Source: a virus (taxonomy: Duplodnaviria; Heunggongvirae; Uroviricota; Caudoviricetes). From it: a stretch of 22,273 nt of DNA. Under the pieces are notes generated by a model, which saw nothing but the letters and a program-made list of their open reading frames with translations, had not been told where the DNA came from and searched no databases. This document shows positions 1-7,770 of this stretch, in pieces (positions within the stretch are counted from its first letter, which is position 1; each line of letters starts with the position of its first letter). Where the stretch lies: the IMG/VR virus record IMGVR_UViG_3300010998_001290; one strand, given 5' to 3'. Both the position numbers and the translations under genes were made by a program.

Positions 1-31
1 AGAAGGGAAGTCTTAGAATAGGAGAGATGAA

Positions 32-271
32 ATGTTCAAAAACAAAAGACTTGCATCACTTGCAATAATCGCATTATTTACAGTAATGCTTGGGGTTGGA
101 ATACAGGTGAGCGACATACTATTATATATATTACCTGTTCTTCCGGCATATATTATCGGAATGGCGTTCGGTATGTTATTTATGGGTGTTACAGCCAATT
201 TACTTAATGCTATATTCCCGGAGATATTTGAAATAGATACGCCGAACAATGAGGATTTTGAAAGTTTTTGA
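32..271 (+). CDS. small membrane protein, hypothetical
   Basis: 79 aa ORF, RBS ggag upstream, two to three hydrophobic segments and an acidic tail. Confidence 0.7.
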   Translation: MFKNKRLASLAIIALFTVMLGVGIQVSDILLYILPVLPAYIIGMAFGMLFMGVTANLLNAIFPEIFEIDTPNNEDFESF

Positions 272-277
272 AAATAA

Positions 278-330
278 TCTGTGTACGAGAGACAATAGTT
301 TGTAAATTTCCTTCCGAAAAGTCATACTAA
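278..330 (+). promoter_or_regulatory. conserved element promoter motif upstream of cas12f
   Basis: atctgtgtac-N6-caatag...tcatacta, also at ~5101, ~10555 and ~14079; catact is a -10-like hexamer. Confidence 0.7.
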
Positions 331-416
331 TAGCGTAAATACTTTGACGGGCGATTGAGCAGGTCAAAGAAAAATAAACTGTGTTAAGCCGAAAGGCGGA
401 AAGGAAGGTTATTTAT

Positions 417-1865
417 ATGGAAAAGAGAAAGTTCACGAAGGCAACAAGGATACAGATCGTCTATGATGATCCGATGTTCATGAAAAAGGACGAAGACGGA
501 GTCCAGTCTCATGTTGAATATCGTGACCTGTGTAAGCTGCTTCATCAGCTTCAGCGTGAAAACAGGACGATATCCAATTTCACTATACGCTATGAGCATA
601 TGTATAAGGATATCGAGATGAACTTCAACGACAAACTTGGGCACTTTCCTTCGAAGGAAGAGAAGGAAGAACTCCTCGGCGGCTATACATCTATGTCCGG
701 CAAGATTTACAGCATTCTGACGAAGAAGGGCTTTATATCGAACAAGTCTAATATGTCCGGCGCTATCAGGCTTGCTGAAAAGCACTATAAGAATCATCTC
801 AAGCACATCCTCAGGGGTGACGAGTCGCTTCCTTCGTACAAGAACAATATGCCTATCGACATAGTAAGTCAGAACATTGTCATTACCCACGAAGAAGTAG
901 ATAATGCCGAGGATGGCAAGAGATATACCAACCGCTACTTTACAATCTCGCTTTTTAGCAAGAAGGAAAGCGATGATGCCGGTTATAACAAGACAGCGAT
1001 AAGATTCAAGTGTGTAGTCAAGGGTAAGAATGCCGGCTCCAGAAGTGTGCTTTCCATTATAGACCGCTGCGAGTCTATGGAATACAAGCTCTGTGGAAGC
1101 AAGATCCAGTACGATGAACAGAAGAAGAAGTGGTATCTCCTTCTTACATATCAGCACGAAAAGGAAGTTGAGCTTCCCGAAGACGTAAGTGAAGACAATG
1201 TAATAGGCGTTCACATCGGCGTTCATAACGCAATCGAGGCGGTTTACGGTCACAGACCGAGAGGCTTTGCTATCGAAGGCGGCGAAACAGAAAAATACGA
1301 GGAGATTATGGCGCTCAGACGCAGAGGAATCGGTCTTCTCACAAAGAAAGGTTCTCTCCTCTGCGGACCGTCAAGAATAGGTCACGGCTATAAAAAGAAG
1401 ATGCAGCCCCTCGCTAAGTTAGGGCATCGCTCTTCTAACTTCCGTGATACAGTCAATAAACGCTATGCGGCAGCTATCGTCAAGGAAGCTCTCAGAGCCG
1501 GAGCAGGCACTATGAACCTCGAAGACCTTAAGGATCTTGCAAAAGAGGAACTTCTGTACGAGTCCAAGCTCCACAACTGGTCTTACTACGATCTTACAAA
1601 CAAGATTGAAAGCAAGGCAACTGAAGCAGGAATGGTCGTTCATCGTATCGACTTCCATAAGCTTCATAGATATTGTCCTGACTGCAACGCTCTCAGCGTC
1701 AAGAAGGATTATATAAGGGACGAAGATGATAAGATCGTTGGGTTTACTTATCAGTGTACCGAATGCGGACAGATCATTGATATGGATACCACAGCGGCTG
1801 AACAGCTCAAAAGAAAGGATATCTCTGATATTCTTGACGGATTTGCAACGGAGGAAAGCGAATGA
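417..1865 (+). CDS. cas12f: Cas12f1/TnpB-family RNA-guided protein, RuvC-I Asp replaced by His (putative dCas12f)
   Basis: Motifs ILRGDESLPSYK, KKWYLLLTY, GVHIGV (canonical GIDLGV), IEGGE, RIGHG, NFRDTVNKRY, NLEDL, NWSYYDL..KI..KA.EAG and CxxC...CxxC match AsCas12f1 as recalled. RBS aaggaaggt precedes ATG 417; the ORF is open from GTG 381. Confidence 0.92.
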   Translation: MEKRKFTKATRIQIVYDDPMFMKKDEDGVQSHVEYRDLCKLLHQLQRENRTISNFTIRYEHMYKDIEMNFNDKLGHFPSKEEKEELLGGYTSMSGKIYSILTKKGFISNKSNMSGAIRLAEKHYKNHLKHILRGDESLPSYKNNMPIDIVSQNIVITHEEVDNAEDGKRYTNRYFTISLFSKKESDDAGYNKTAIRFKCVVKGKNAGSRSVLSIIDRCESMEYKLCGSKIQYDEQKKKWYLLLTYQHEKEVELPEDVSEDNVIGVHIGVHNAIEAVYGHRPRGFAIEGGETEKYEEIMALRRRGIGLLTKKGSLLCGPSRIGHGYKKKMQPLAKLGHRSSNFRDTVNKRYAAAIVKEALRAGAGTMNLEDLKDLAKEELLYESKLHNWSYYDLTNKIESKATEAGMVVHRIDFHKLHRYCPDCNALSVKKDYIRDEDDKIVGFTYQCTECGQIIDMDTTAAEQLKRKDISDILDGFATEESE

Positions 1866-2572
1866 TAATGCATACATTTTTACTGAGCGTAACTGCTATA
1901 GGTTTTGCAATAGGACTATTTGTAATGTGGCTAATTCATGACATTGATGCAATGAAGACAGGGGCTATTATTCTCAGCGTTCTCGGCGGAGTTTTATCCG
2001 CTGTTGCAGAAGTATTCCGGCTCATATCAAATCCTGCTTATGATGACGCAATAGAGCAGTTAGGAGAAGATGATATAGTCATACTCTATATAGTCACCAA
2101 AATCATAATAGCCACAGCAATTGTTCTTCCGATAGTAATACTGATAATAGATAAGATACAGATGAACATTGCTTCGAAAGAAGTTGCGGCTATTTTGGGA
2201 GCCTCGGCGATCTCTTCTTCAGCTCCATCAAGCACTGCATCCGCCGGCACAGGAGCAGCCACAGCTCCGTGTCATTCGAGCTCAATCGGAACTTCAAGTT
2301 CTACCGGAGCTGTTGTAACAGCTGCACGCAAGAAAGCCAAAGCAAGCAAGCCCGCAGTTAAGGGGTTTACGTGCGATTTGGATCGAGATGTTATCCAAAC
2401 GATAGACGTGAACGACAAATACCAGCTGCTGATGCTTGAGGGCGGAGAATACACGGTAAAAGACAAGAAAAGCGGAAAAATAAGCAAAAAGTTCAGTGAT
2501 GCGAATGATGCTATGGCTTTTCTTGACGACATTGCCGAAGTGAAATTTATAGTAACGCCTGCTATGGCTTAA
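1862..2572 (+). CDS. membrane protein with Ser/Thr/Ala-rich linker and small C-terminal domain
   Basis: 236 aa, about 3 N-terminal hydrophobic helices, overlaps the cas12f stop (ATGA). Confidence 0.8.
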   Translation: MIMHTFLLSVTAIGFAIGLFVMWLIHDIDAMKTGAIILSVLGGVLSAVAEVFRLISNPAYDDAIEQLGEDDIVILYIVTKIIIATAIVLPIVILIIDKIQMNIASKEVAAILGASAISSSAPSSTASAGTGAATAPCHSSSIGTSSSTGAVVTAARKKAKASKPAVKGFTCDLDRDVIQTIDVNDKYQLLMLEGGEYTVKDKKSGKISKKFSDANDAMAFLDDIAEVKFIVTPAMA

Positions 2573-2594
2573 TAAGCGAAAGGAGAAGCATCAA

Positions 2595-2894
2595 ATGATG
2601 ATAGAAGGATGGGTTTTCGCGTTGATTATAACACTTATAACTATCATTGCCGCAATTGTATGTCTTGTGTTAAGTAATACAAGAGGGGTTGTAGGAGCAA
2701 AATTCTGTGGTGTATCATTGATAGGAATAAGCGTTGTCCTTGCTGTAATAACATGTCTTCGGCTCTCTGATGAACAGATATCTAATGATATAACTGTTTC
2801 ACAGTCAGAATCGGCTCAGGCATCTGCTTCTGTAATTGAGATAATTGATGAACAGACAGTTATAGTAAACGGCGAAAAATACACAAAAATGTGA
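2595..2894 (+). CDS. two-TM membrane protein with DExTxIVNGxxY C-terminal motif
   Basis: RBS aggag; same C-terminal motif as 15566-15886 and 15902-16204. Confidence 0.8.
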   Translation: MMIEGWVFALIITLITIIAAIVCLVLSNTRGVVGAKFCGVSLIGISVVLAVITCLRLSDEQISNDITVSQSESAQASASVIEIIDEQTVIVNGEKYTKM

Positions 2895-2903
2895 GAGCAA
2901 AAT

Positions 2904-3033
2904 CGGGGCAGCTCGATGTCCTTGGGACGATGAAGTACCTATCAAGCATAGGCAACTCTCGTTAAGGTTAATCCCTGTACAGTAATCCACAGGGCGCTTG
3001 TGATAGTGCGAGACGCGAAGGTAGCAGAAAAAC
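2904..3033 (+). ncRNA. putative Cas12f single-guide RNA copy 1 (scaffold 2904-3013, guide cgcgaaggtagcagaaaaac)
   Basis: Dispersed repeat with covarying stems, ends agtgcgaga, resembles AsCas12f1 tracrRNA/repeat. Confidence 0.8.
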
Positions 3034-3059
3034 AAAAATACGATAAAATCCAAAGTTAG

Positions 3060-3539
3060 GTGAAAAACAATATGCAAACCAAGAGAATAGTAGATGTCTG
3101 CTGCGGGAGCAGGATGTTCTACTTCAATAAAAACAATCCCGACGTGATGTTCTGTGATAACAGGGACTTCGAGGATACCTTATGTGACGGAAGAAAGCTT
3201 GAAGTCCATCCTGATCTGATAGCAGACTTCACCAATCTTCCATTTGAGGACGAAAGCTACTATATGGTAGTGTTTGACCCTCCTCATATGCTTAAGGGCG
3301 GTAAAAACTCTTGGCTTGCGAAGAAATACGGCAAGCTCCCGCCCGACTGGAAGCCTCTTATCAAGAAGGGGTTCGATGAATGTATGAGGGTACTTAAGCC
3401 TAACGGAACACTTATCTTCAAATGGGCTGAAGTCGATATTCCTGTGTCGGAGATAATCAAAACAATAGGTGTCGAGCCGATATTCGGACATAGGGTCGGC
3501 AGGTTAAATCAGACGCACTGGATGTGCTTTATGAAGTAA
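3060..3539 (+). CDS. phage SAM-dependent (N6A/N4C-type) DNA methyltransferase-like protein
   Basis: Motif I-like IVDVCCGSRMF and motif IV-like VVFDPPH. Confidence 0.8.
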   Translation: MKNNMQTKRIVDVCCGSRMFYFNKNNPDVMFCDNRDFEDTLCDGRKLEVHPDLIADFTNLPFEDESYYMVVFDPPHMLKGGKNSWLAKKYGKLPPDWKPLIKKGFDECMRVLKPNGTLIFKWAEVDIPVSEIIKTIGVEPIFGHRVGRLNQTHWMCFMK

Positions 3540-3546
3540 GAAATAT

Positions 3547-3675
3547 CGGGCTGGCTCGGCAGCCTTGGGACGATGAAGTGCTTATCAAGCATAAGTAACT
3601 CTCGTTAAGGTTAATTCTGCCATAGCATTCCGGCAGACACTATAGAAGTGCGAGATGGATCAATGAACAGCTGGC
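3547..3675 (+). ncRNA. putative sgRNA copy 2 (scaffold 3547-3655, guide tggatcaatgaacagctggc)
   Basis: Same scaffold with compensatory stem changes (tctgcc/ggcaga). Confidence 0.8.
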
Positions 3676-3699
3676 AACACAAAGAAAGGAGTTATCATT

Positions 3700-3942
3700 A
3701 TGGCTTTTGAGAACAAAAAGGATACTAAGTACGGAGTTCATTATTCGCGATGGATAGCATCATGGTTAAACAGCGGAGGAAAAACAGGAATTTTGTTTAG
3801 AGCTTGGCTCGAAGACATGGGGCTTGCCTCAGAGGAGATAACAGATATTGTTAGCCTTGCTACAACAGGAAAATGTGAATTCGAAAAATCCGCAAAAAAG
3901 TTTATAGACAGCAACGTAAACACAGAACGTACCTCTCGGTAA
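3700..3942 (+). CDS. hypothetical phage protein
   Basis: 80 aa, strong RBS aaaggag. Confidence 0.75.
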   Translation: MAFENKKDTKYGVHYSRWIASWLNSGGKTGILFRAWLEDMGLASEEITDIVSLATTGKCEFEKSAKKFIDSNVNTERTSR

Positions 3943-3962
3943 TTCTTTTACTAAGAATAATT

Positions 3963-4159
3963 CGGGCAGGCTCCGGCTATAGGCAGAGCCTGATGTCAGC
4001 TTCGCGACAGCCTTGTAGTGGACGAAAGTCAGGCATCAAGCTTTGCTTGTATCCGAGAAGCACCTATCCAAGTATAGGCAACTCTCATTAAGGTTAATTC
4101 ACACATATTATTCCGTGTGACGCTCATTAAAGTGCGAGATGCAACAAATCAGAGAAAAA
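3963..4159 (+). ncRNA. putative sgRNA copy 3, long form (scaffold 3963-4139, guide tgcaacaaatcagagaaaaa)
   Basis: Conserved 3' core plus two 5' insert modules. Confidence 0.8.
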
Positions 4160-4190
4160 CAGAAAGGAGCGCCGAAAGGCGAATAAAGAA

Positions 4191-4679
4191 ATGAAAGTTA
4201 AAAAGATAAGCAATTATGACCTTTATATGCTTAAGAGAGCAGACATAAGAGACGACTGCGAGGAGTTAAAATCTCTTGAAATCGTTCCTATGGCAATCAT
4301 CGACAAGAATGCAGAGACCCCGGACGCTGCGTACATCTTCTATCTGTGTACAAAGACCGTCGGGAATCAGCAGGGTGTACATAAAGGAACGGCGGTAGTA
4401 ACATCCTCAAAGGAAGGCGAATGCGATATCGTGTTCAACGATTTTGCCTCTGATGTGGACGTCAAAGATGTGTATAAAACGCTTGATAAGGTCACAGAGG
4501 CGGTGATTACCCGTGGATATCATCTTGTAAGATTTGCCCACGAGGGGAACAAGAAATATATCAACGCATATAAGAAGGTCGGCTACAAGAAAAGCGACAC
4601 CGACGGTGTTGTCGAACTCAGAAGCGCCGAGGAAGTATCTGTAAACGCTGCTCTTGCGGGAGTTCTCGAAACACTGTAA
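4191..4679 (+). CDS. hypothetical protein, possibly GNAT-like fold
   Basis: NKKYINAYKKVGYK resembles the GNAT C-terminal motif; weak support. Confidence 0.6.
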   Translation: MKVKKISNYDLYMLKRADIRDDCEELKSLEIVPMAIIDKNAETPDAAYIFYLCTKTVGNQQGVHKGTAVVTSSKEGECDIVFNDFASDVDVKDVYKTLDKVTEAVITRGYHLVRFAHEGNKKYINAYKKVGYKKSDTDGVVELRSAEEVSVNAALAGVLETL

Positions 4680-4684
4680 TAGTC

Positions 4685-5122
4685 ATGCGGCGCAAAAAGA
4701 ACTCATCAATAAACGATCTGTTGTTTGCACACAATGTTCAGCTTAAGTGCTACCCCGATAGTATTCCAAAATCGAGGTACTATCGGGAAGAAGCTGCTGA
4801 ACTTCTTGGAAAGAATGTTTGCCTTACAGGATTATTCACATTGATACACAAGGAGAACGTGGATGGCGTCAACGTCAATAAGATACTTATAGAGGATGCC
4901 GTTATAAAAAGCAGGTCTCAATCTGTAGGTATAGACCATATATGGGTGACAGTCGAGCAAGGTTTTATGCAAAGAAACAGGATAAGGCAGAACAGGAATA
5001 TCAGTTGTTCCGGATACCTTTATGAATACATAAGCAAAGGAAAACGGAATATAGGCTTTAAGCTTTGTACAGTAAAGGAAATTTCCAAAGGCGAGAAAAA
5101 ATCTGTGTACAAGGAACAATAG
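4685..5122 (+). CDS. hypothetical protein
   Basis: 145 aa ORF immediately after the preceding gene. Confidence 0.65.
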   Translation: MRRKKNSSINDLLFAHNVQLKCYPDSIPKSRYYREEAAELLGKNVCLTGLFTLIHKENVDGVNVNKILIEDAVIKSRSQSVGIDHIWVTVEQGFMQRNRIRQNRNISCSGYLYEYISKGKRNIGFKLCTVKEISKGEKKSVYKEQ

Positions 5123-5153
5123 TTTTCGATTTTCCGTCTCAGCAATCATACTA
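5101..5153 (+). promoter_or_regulatory. conserved promoter motif upstream of sgRNA copy 4 and tmRNA
   Basis: atctgtgtacaaggaacaatag...tcatacta. Confidence 0.7.
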
Positions 5154-5187
5154 TTTATATATCGACTACGACAGGTCGAAGAATATA

Positions 5188-5350
5188 CGGGCTGGCTCCG
5201 GCTACAGGCAGAGCCTGATGTCAGCTTCGCGACAGCCTTGGGACGATGAAGTGGTATCTATAGCGGTACTAACTCTCGTCAAGGTCAATTCCTGCATAGT
5301 ATTCCACAGGACACTTGTAATAGTGCGAGATCGAGAGGGTTCCGCTTACA
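5188..5350 (+). ncRNA. putative sgRNA copy 4 (scaffold 5188-5330, guide tcgagagggttccgcttaca)
   Basis: Conserved scaffold; 22 nt separate the scaffold end from the tmRNA 5' end. Confidence 0.8.
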
Positions 5351-5352
5351 AT

Positions 5353-5709
5353 GGGGACGTAAAGGTTTCGACGGGGGTTTTGAAGGTCATTAAGCGCATA
5401 GAGTTCGTCTAAACTCTTTAATAATGGACACCTTAAAATTAAACGCAGACATTTATCACAACGATCTTGCGGTAGCTGCCTAATAGTGCGGCTCGTCCGG
5501 CTTAAGAGTGCTGCGGCTTAAGCTTGGGCGTGATACAGCAGCCAACGGCTTCGGAGAGGGTCTTGTATCTGAAACTCGTACACAAAAGACACCCGATAAA
5601 GGATCCTGTCATTCGGAGACTTTTGAGTGGTATAAAGGAATGACTATATGCGTAGAAAGATGATTGGATAAGTTTTCGGACACGGGTTCAATTCCCGTCG
5701 TCTCCACCA
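5353..5709 (+). ncRNA. ssrA: tmRNA; tag reading frame ADIYHNDLAVAA (5445-5483)
   Basis: 5' ggggacgtaaaggtttcgac; 3' T-arm gggttcaattccc and gtctccacca; acceptor with G3:U70; tag ends in AA then stop. Confidence 0.95.
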
Positions 5710-5711
5710 TA

Positions 5712-5816
5712 TCGGACGTATCGCAACGGCAACGAGAGCGCGAAAAGCTGTCCAAACAAATAAGCGGCAGCAAAGTAGGCTTGCGGTGGCAGGTTCGAGT
5801 CCTGTCCGTCCGACCA
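5712..5816 (+). ncRNA. tRNA-like RNA with ~37-nt insert replacing the anticodon loop
   Basis: Acceptor tcggacg/cgtccga, T-arm gcagg-ttcgagt-cctgt, CCA end, no 7-nt anticodon loop. Confidence 0.6.
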
Positions 5817-6088
5817 GCAGCTTAATGCTGTGACATTAAACTCATAGGAAGGGGATAGTCCAATGGGTTGCGTAAGTAAAATGAATATATAATATCTTTT
5901 TACTGCGGCTAAGGTCGTCTGCCTGATGCTGAGGCATCGCGTAAAGCAGACAGAGAGCCCCGGCGAGCTCCGGGGTATTTTGGGGCAATGCATGACAAGT
6001 CCATTCGCGTACGATGCGCACACTTGTATATAACGTATCGATTGAAAAACATGCACTTCTTTACGGGTAGAGCGATCTGCCCGTATAT

Positions 6089-6162
6089 GCGGTTGTGATT
6101 TAATGGTAGAATGTCAGCCTTCCAAGCTGAATGTGTGGGTTCAATTCCCATCAATCGCTCCA
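6089..6162 (+). tRNA. tRNA-Gly(UCC)
   Basis: Cloverleaf, tcagc-cttccaa-gctga, CCA end. Confidence 0.93.
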
Positions 6163-6205
6163 AATATCAATTCGAGTAAAACGCTGTCAAGGAGAAGAAT
6201 GATTT

Positions 6206-6406
6206 ATGGTTAACGAAAATAATGCATCAAGGCATCCAAAAGTAAAATTCTTCATGGAGAAGGATTTGGGGAAACTTGAAGCCAAAATAAATGATTTTCT
6301 TTCTGATGAAAAAGTTATTTTATACGATATAAAACACACTTCTTGTTATTATGACGGATATTCTTATACTGAAGCAATGGTAGTCTACAGTACTTATGAT
6401 ACATAA
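6206..6406 (+). CDS. small protein, Cse60/DUF2758-like
   Basis: KVKFF...LEAKINDFL...YDIK...AMVVY pattern; RBS aaggag. Confidence 0.6.
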   Translation: MVNENNASRHPKVKFFMEKDLGKLEAKINDFLSDEKVILYDIKHTSCYYDGYSYTEAMVVYSTYDT

Positions 6407-6434
6407 GATATTTGATTGACTTGTGCTGATATAT

Positions 6435-6510
6435 CTGTCCATAGCTCAGTTGGTAGAGCACCGGGCTTTTAATCCGGGTGTCGAGGGTTCGAGCCCCTCC
6501 GGACAGACCA
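6435..6510 (+). tRNA. tRNA-Lys(UUU)
   Basis: ccggg-cttttaa-tccgg, canonical D and T arms, CCA end. Confidence 0.95.
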
Positions 6511-6559
6511 ATTGCAATAATACGCAAAATAATATTTAAAAAGCAGAAAGGAAAAAGAT

Positions 6560-6808
6560 ATGCCTAACACGAAAACAAAGGTAAGGGCTTTCTGGGTAAA
6601 GGGTGAAAACTGGATGTCTACAATAAGTTTCAAAATAAACAGTTTTTTGTCCGAGGAATACACAGATAAGATCGGCGGCAAAACGCATCATTTCGGCGCT
6701 AAGCCTGAGCTGGTTGATATCAAATGGGCGATGTGTGAAAGAAACGGGGATATAGAGTATTCAGCACTTGTTATTTTTACTGTAGAGGATAAGAACGCAA
6801 GCGCGTAA
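6560..6808 (+). CDS. small protein, Cse60/DUF2758-like paralog
   Basis: KVRAF...KINSFL...VDIK...YSALVIF pattern; RBS aagga. Confidence 0.55.
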   Translation: MPNTKTKVRAFWVKGENWMSTISFKINSFLSEEYTDKIGGKTHHFGAKPELVDIKWAMCERNGDIEYSALVIFTVEDKNASA

Positions 6809-6836
6809 GCGGTACACAGGACGTAAATATTGAAAT

Positions 6837-7113
6837 ATAAAGGAAAGTCGGCTTAGAAGCAGCCATCTTTTAAAGAGTAAATCGTGGACACGGGTCATCG
6901 TTAAGACAGAGGAAACCTGTACGCGTATGCCCACACTGTAATCAGGTGCATCGCACATCACGGGGCAAGAGCATGCCTGTTATCGGGATAGATTACAGCG
7001 TACCAAAGCGGTTGCGACACGCAAGGCAACAAGATAGTACCGATATGTATATGCTTGTTGCTTGGTATAGTCTATATCGGCATGGATTTTTTGGCGTAAC
7101 AGCACACCTTTAT
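6837..7113 (+). ncRNA. RNA mimic of the 23S rRNA GTPase-associated centre (H42-H44) with a 215-nt structured insert
   Basis: ggcttagaagcagccatc-ttttaaagagt (6850-6878) and gcgtaacagcacac (7094-7107), closed by ataaagg/cctttat. Confidence 0.75.
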
Positions 7114-7395
7114 TCCCATAAAATATCGTTATCAAAGAGGAGCTAATATCATGAGCTTTGGCGGAACAGACTTATTTTGAAAACGTATGGCCGCAGAATG
7201 GACGATGCGGCATAAAAATATCAACCATCCTTTATGAGTAGGGGAGCTGAAATCGACTCCGGCTGCATAGAGTGAATCCAATAGCCCATAGCACTATCGG
7301 ACTATGCGTGATCGCCACACCTATCCGTTTGGGTAGTTAAGGGCTAAAAAGTGCTTGAAACGCTTGGTTGGCAGCTCGGAAAGACGGGCGTATAT

Positions 7396-7480
7396 GCAGG
7401 TGTGGCGGAATAGGCAGACGCAGTGGTCTCAAACACCACGGTGGAGACACATATGGGTTCGAGTCCCATCATCTGTACCA
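7396..7480 (+). tRNA. tRNA-Leu(CAA)
   Basis: gtggt-ctcaaac-accac, long variable arm, CCA end. Confidence 0.92.
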
Positions 7481-7484
7481 TTAA

Positions 7485-7613
7485 CGGGGCAACTCGATGT
7501 CCTTGGGGCGATGAAGTGACATCTATACGCTGTTAACTCTCGCCAAGGTTAATTTCACCATAGTATTCCGGTGAACACTATGATAGTGCGAGAATTGTTA
7601 ATGCCTCTTTGAA
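7485..7613 (+). ncRNA. putative sgRNA copy 5 (scaffold 7485-7593, guide attgttaatgcctctttgaa)
   Basis: Conserved scaffold with compensatory ggcga/tcgcc and ttcacc/ggtgaa; lies between two tRNA-Leu genes. Confidence 0.8.
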
Positions 7614-7628
7614 ACATGTATATTATTA

Positions 7629-7714
7629 GCAGGCGTGGCGTAACTGGCAGTCGCTCCGGACTTAAAATCCGGTGATCTTAGATCGTGAGGGTTCAAATCC
7701 CTTCGCCTGTACCA
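7629..7714 (+). tRNA. tRNA-Leu(UAA)
   Basis: ccgga-cttaaaa-tccgg, long variable arm, CCA end. Confidence 0.92.
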
Positions 7715-7770
7715 ATCAGCCTTATGAGGGGCTGTGTAAAGCAAACGTAAAAATAAAGGAGGCTTTTTTA

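Noticed and set aside
381-1865. IS200/IS605 or IS607 transposon with active TnpB
   Set aside because: No tnpA or serine recombinase nearby, no terminal hairpins or omegaRNA overlapping the gene 3' end (the next ORF overlaps the stop), and RuvC-I is mutated.
3985-4035. Hammerhead ribozyme (ctgatg...gacgaaa) in scaffold copy 3; similar ctgatg at ~5933
   Set aside because: The core reads CUGAUGU or CUGAUGC rather than CUGAUGA, stems II and III do not fit, and the motif is absent from most copies.
6837-7113. rRNA gene fragment or assembly contamination
   Set aside because: Similarity is confined to H42-H44, has compensatory changes and its own closing helix, and is interrupted by a structured insert.
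7481-7593. tRNA-associated HDV-like (theta) ribozyme
   Set aside because: The stem and loop sizes (6-bp stem with 10-nt loop) do not fit the HDV P1-P3 topology, and most copies are not next to tRNAs.
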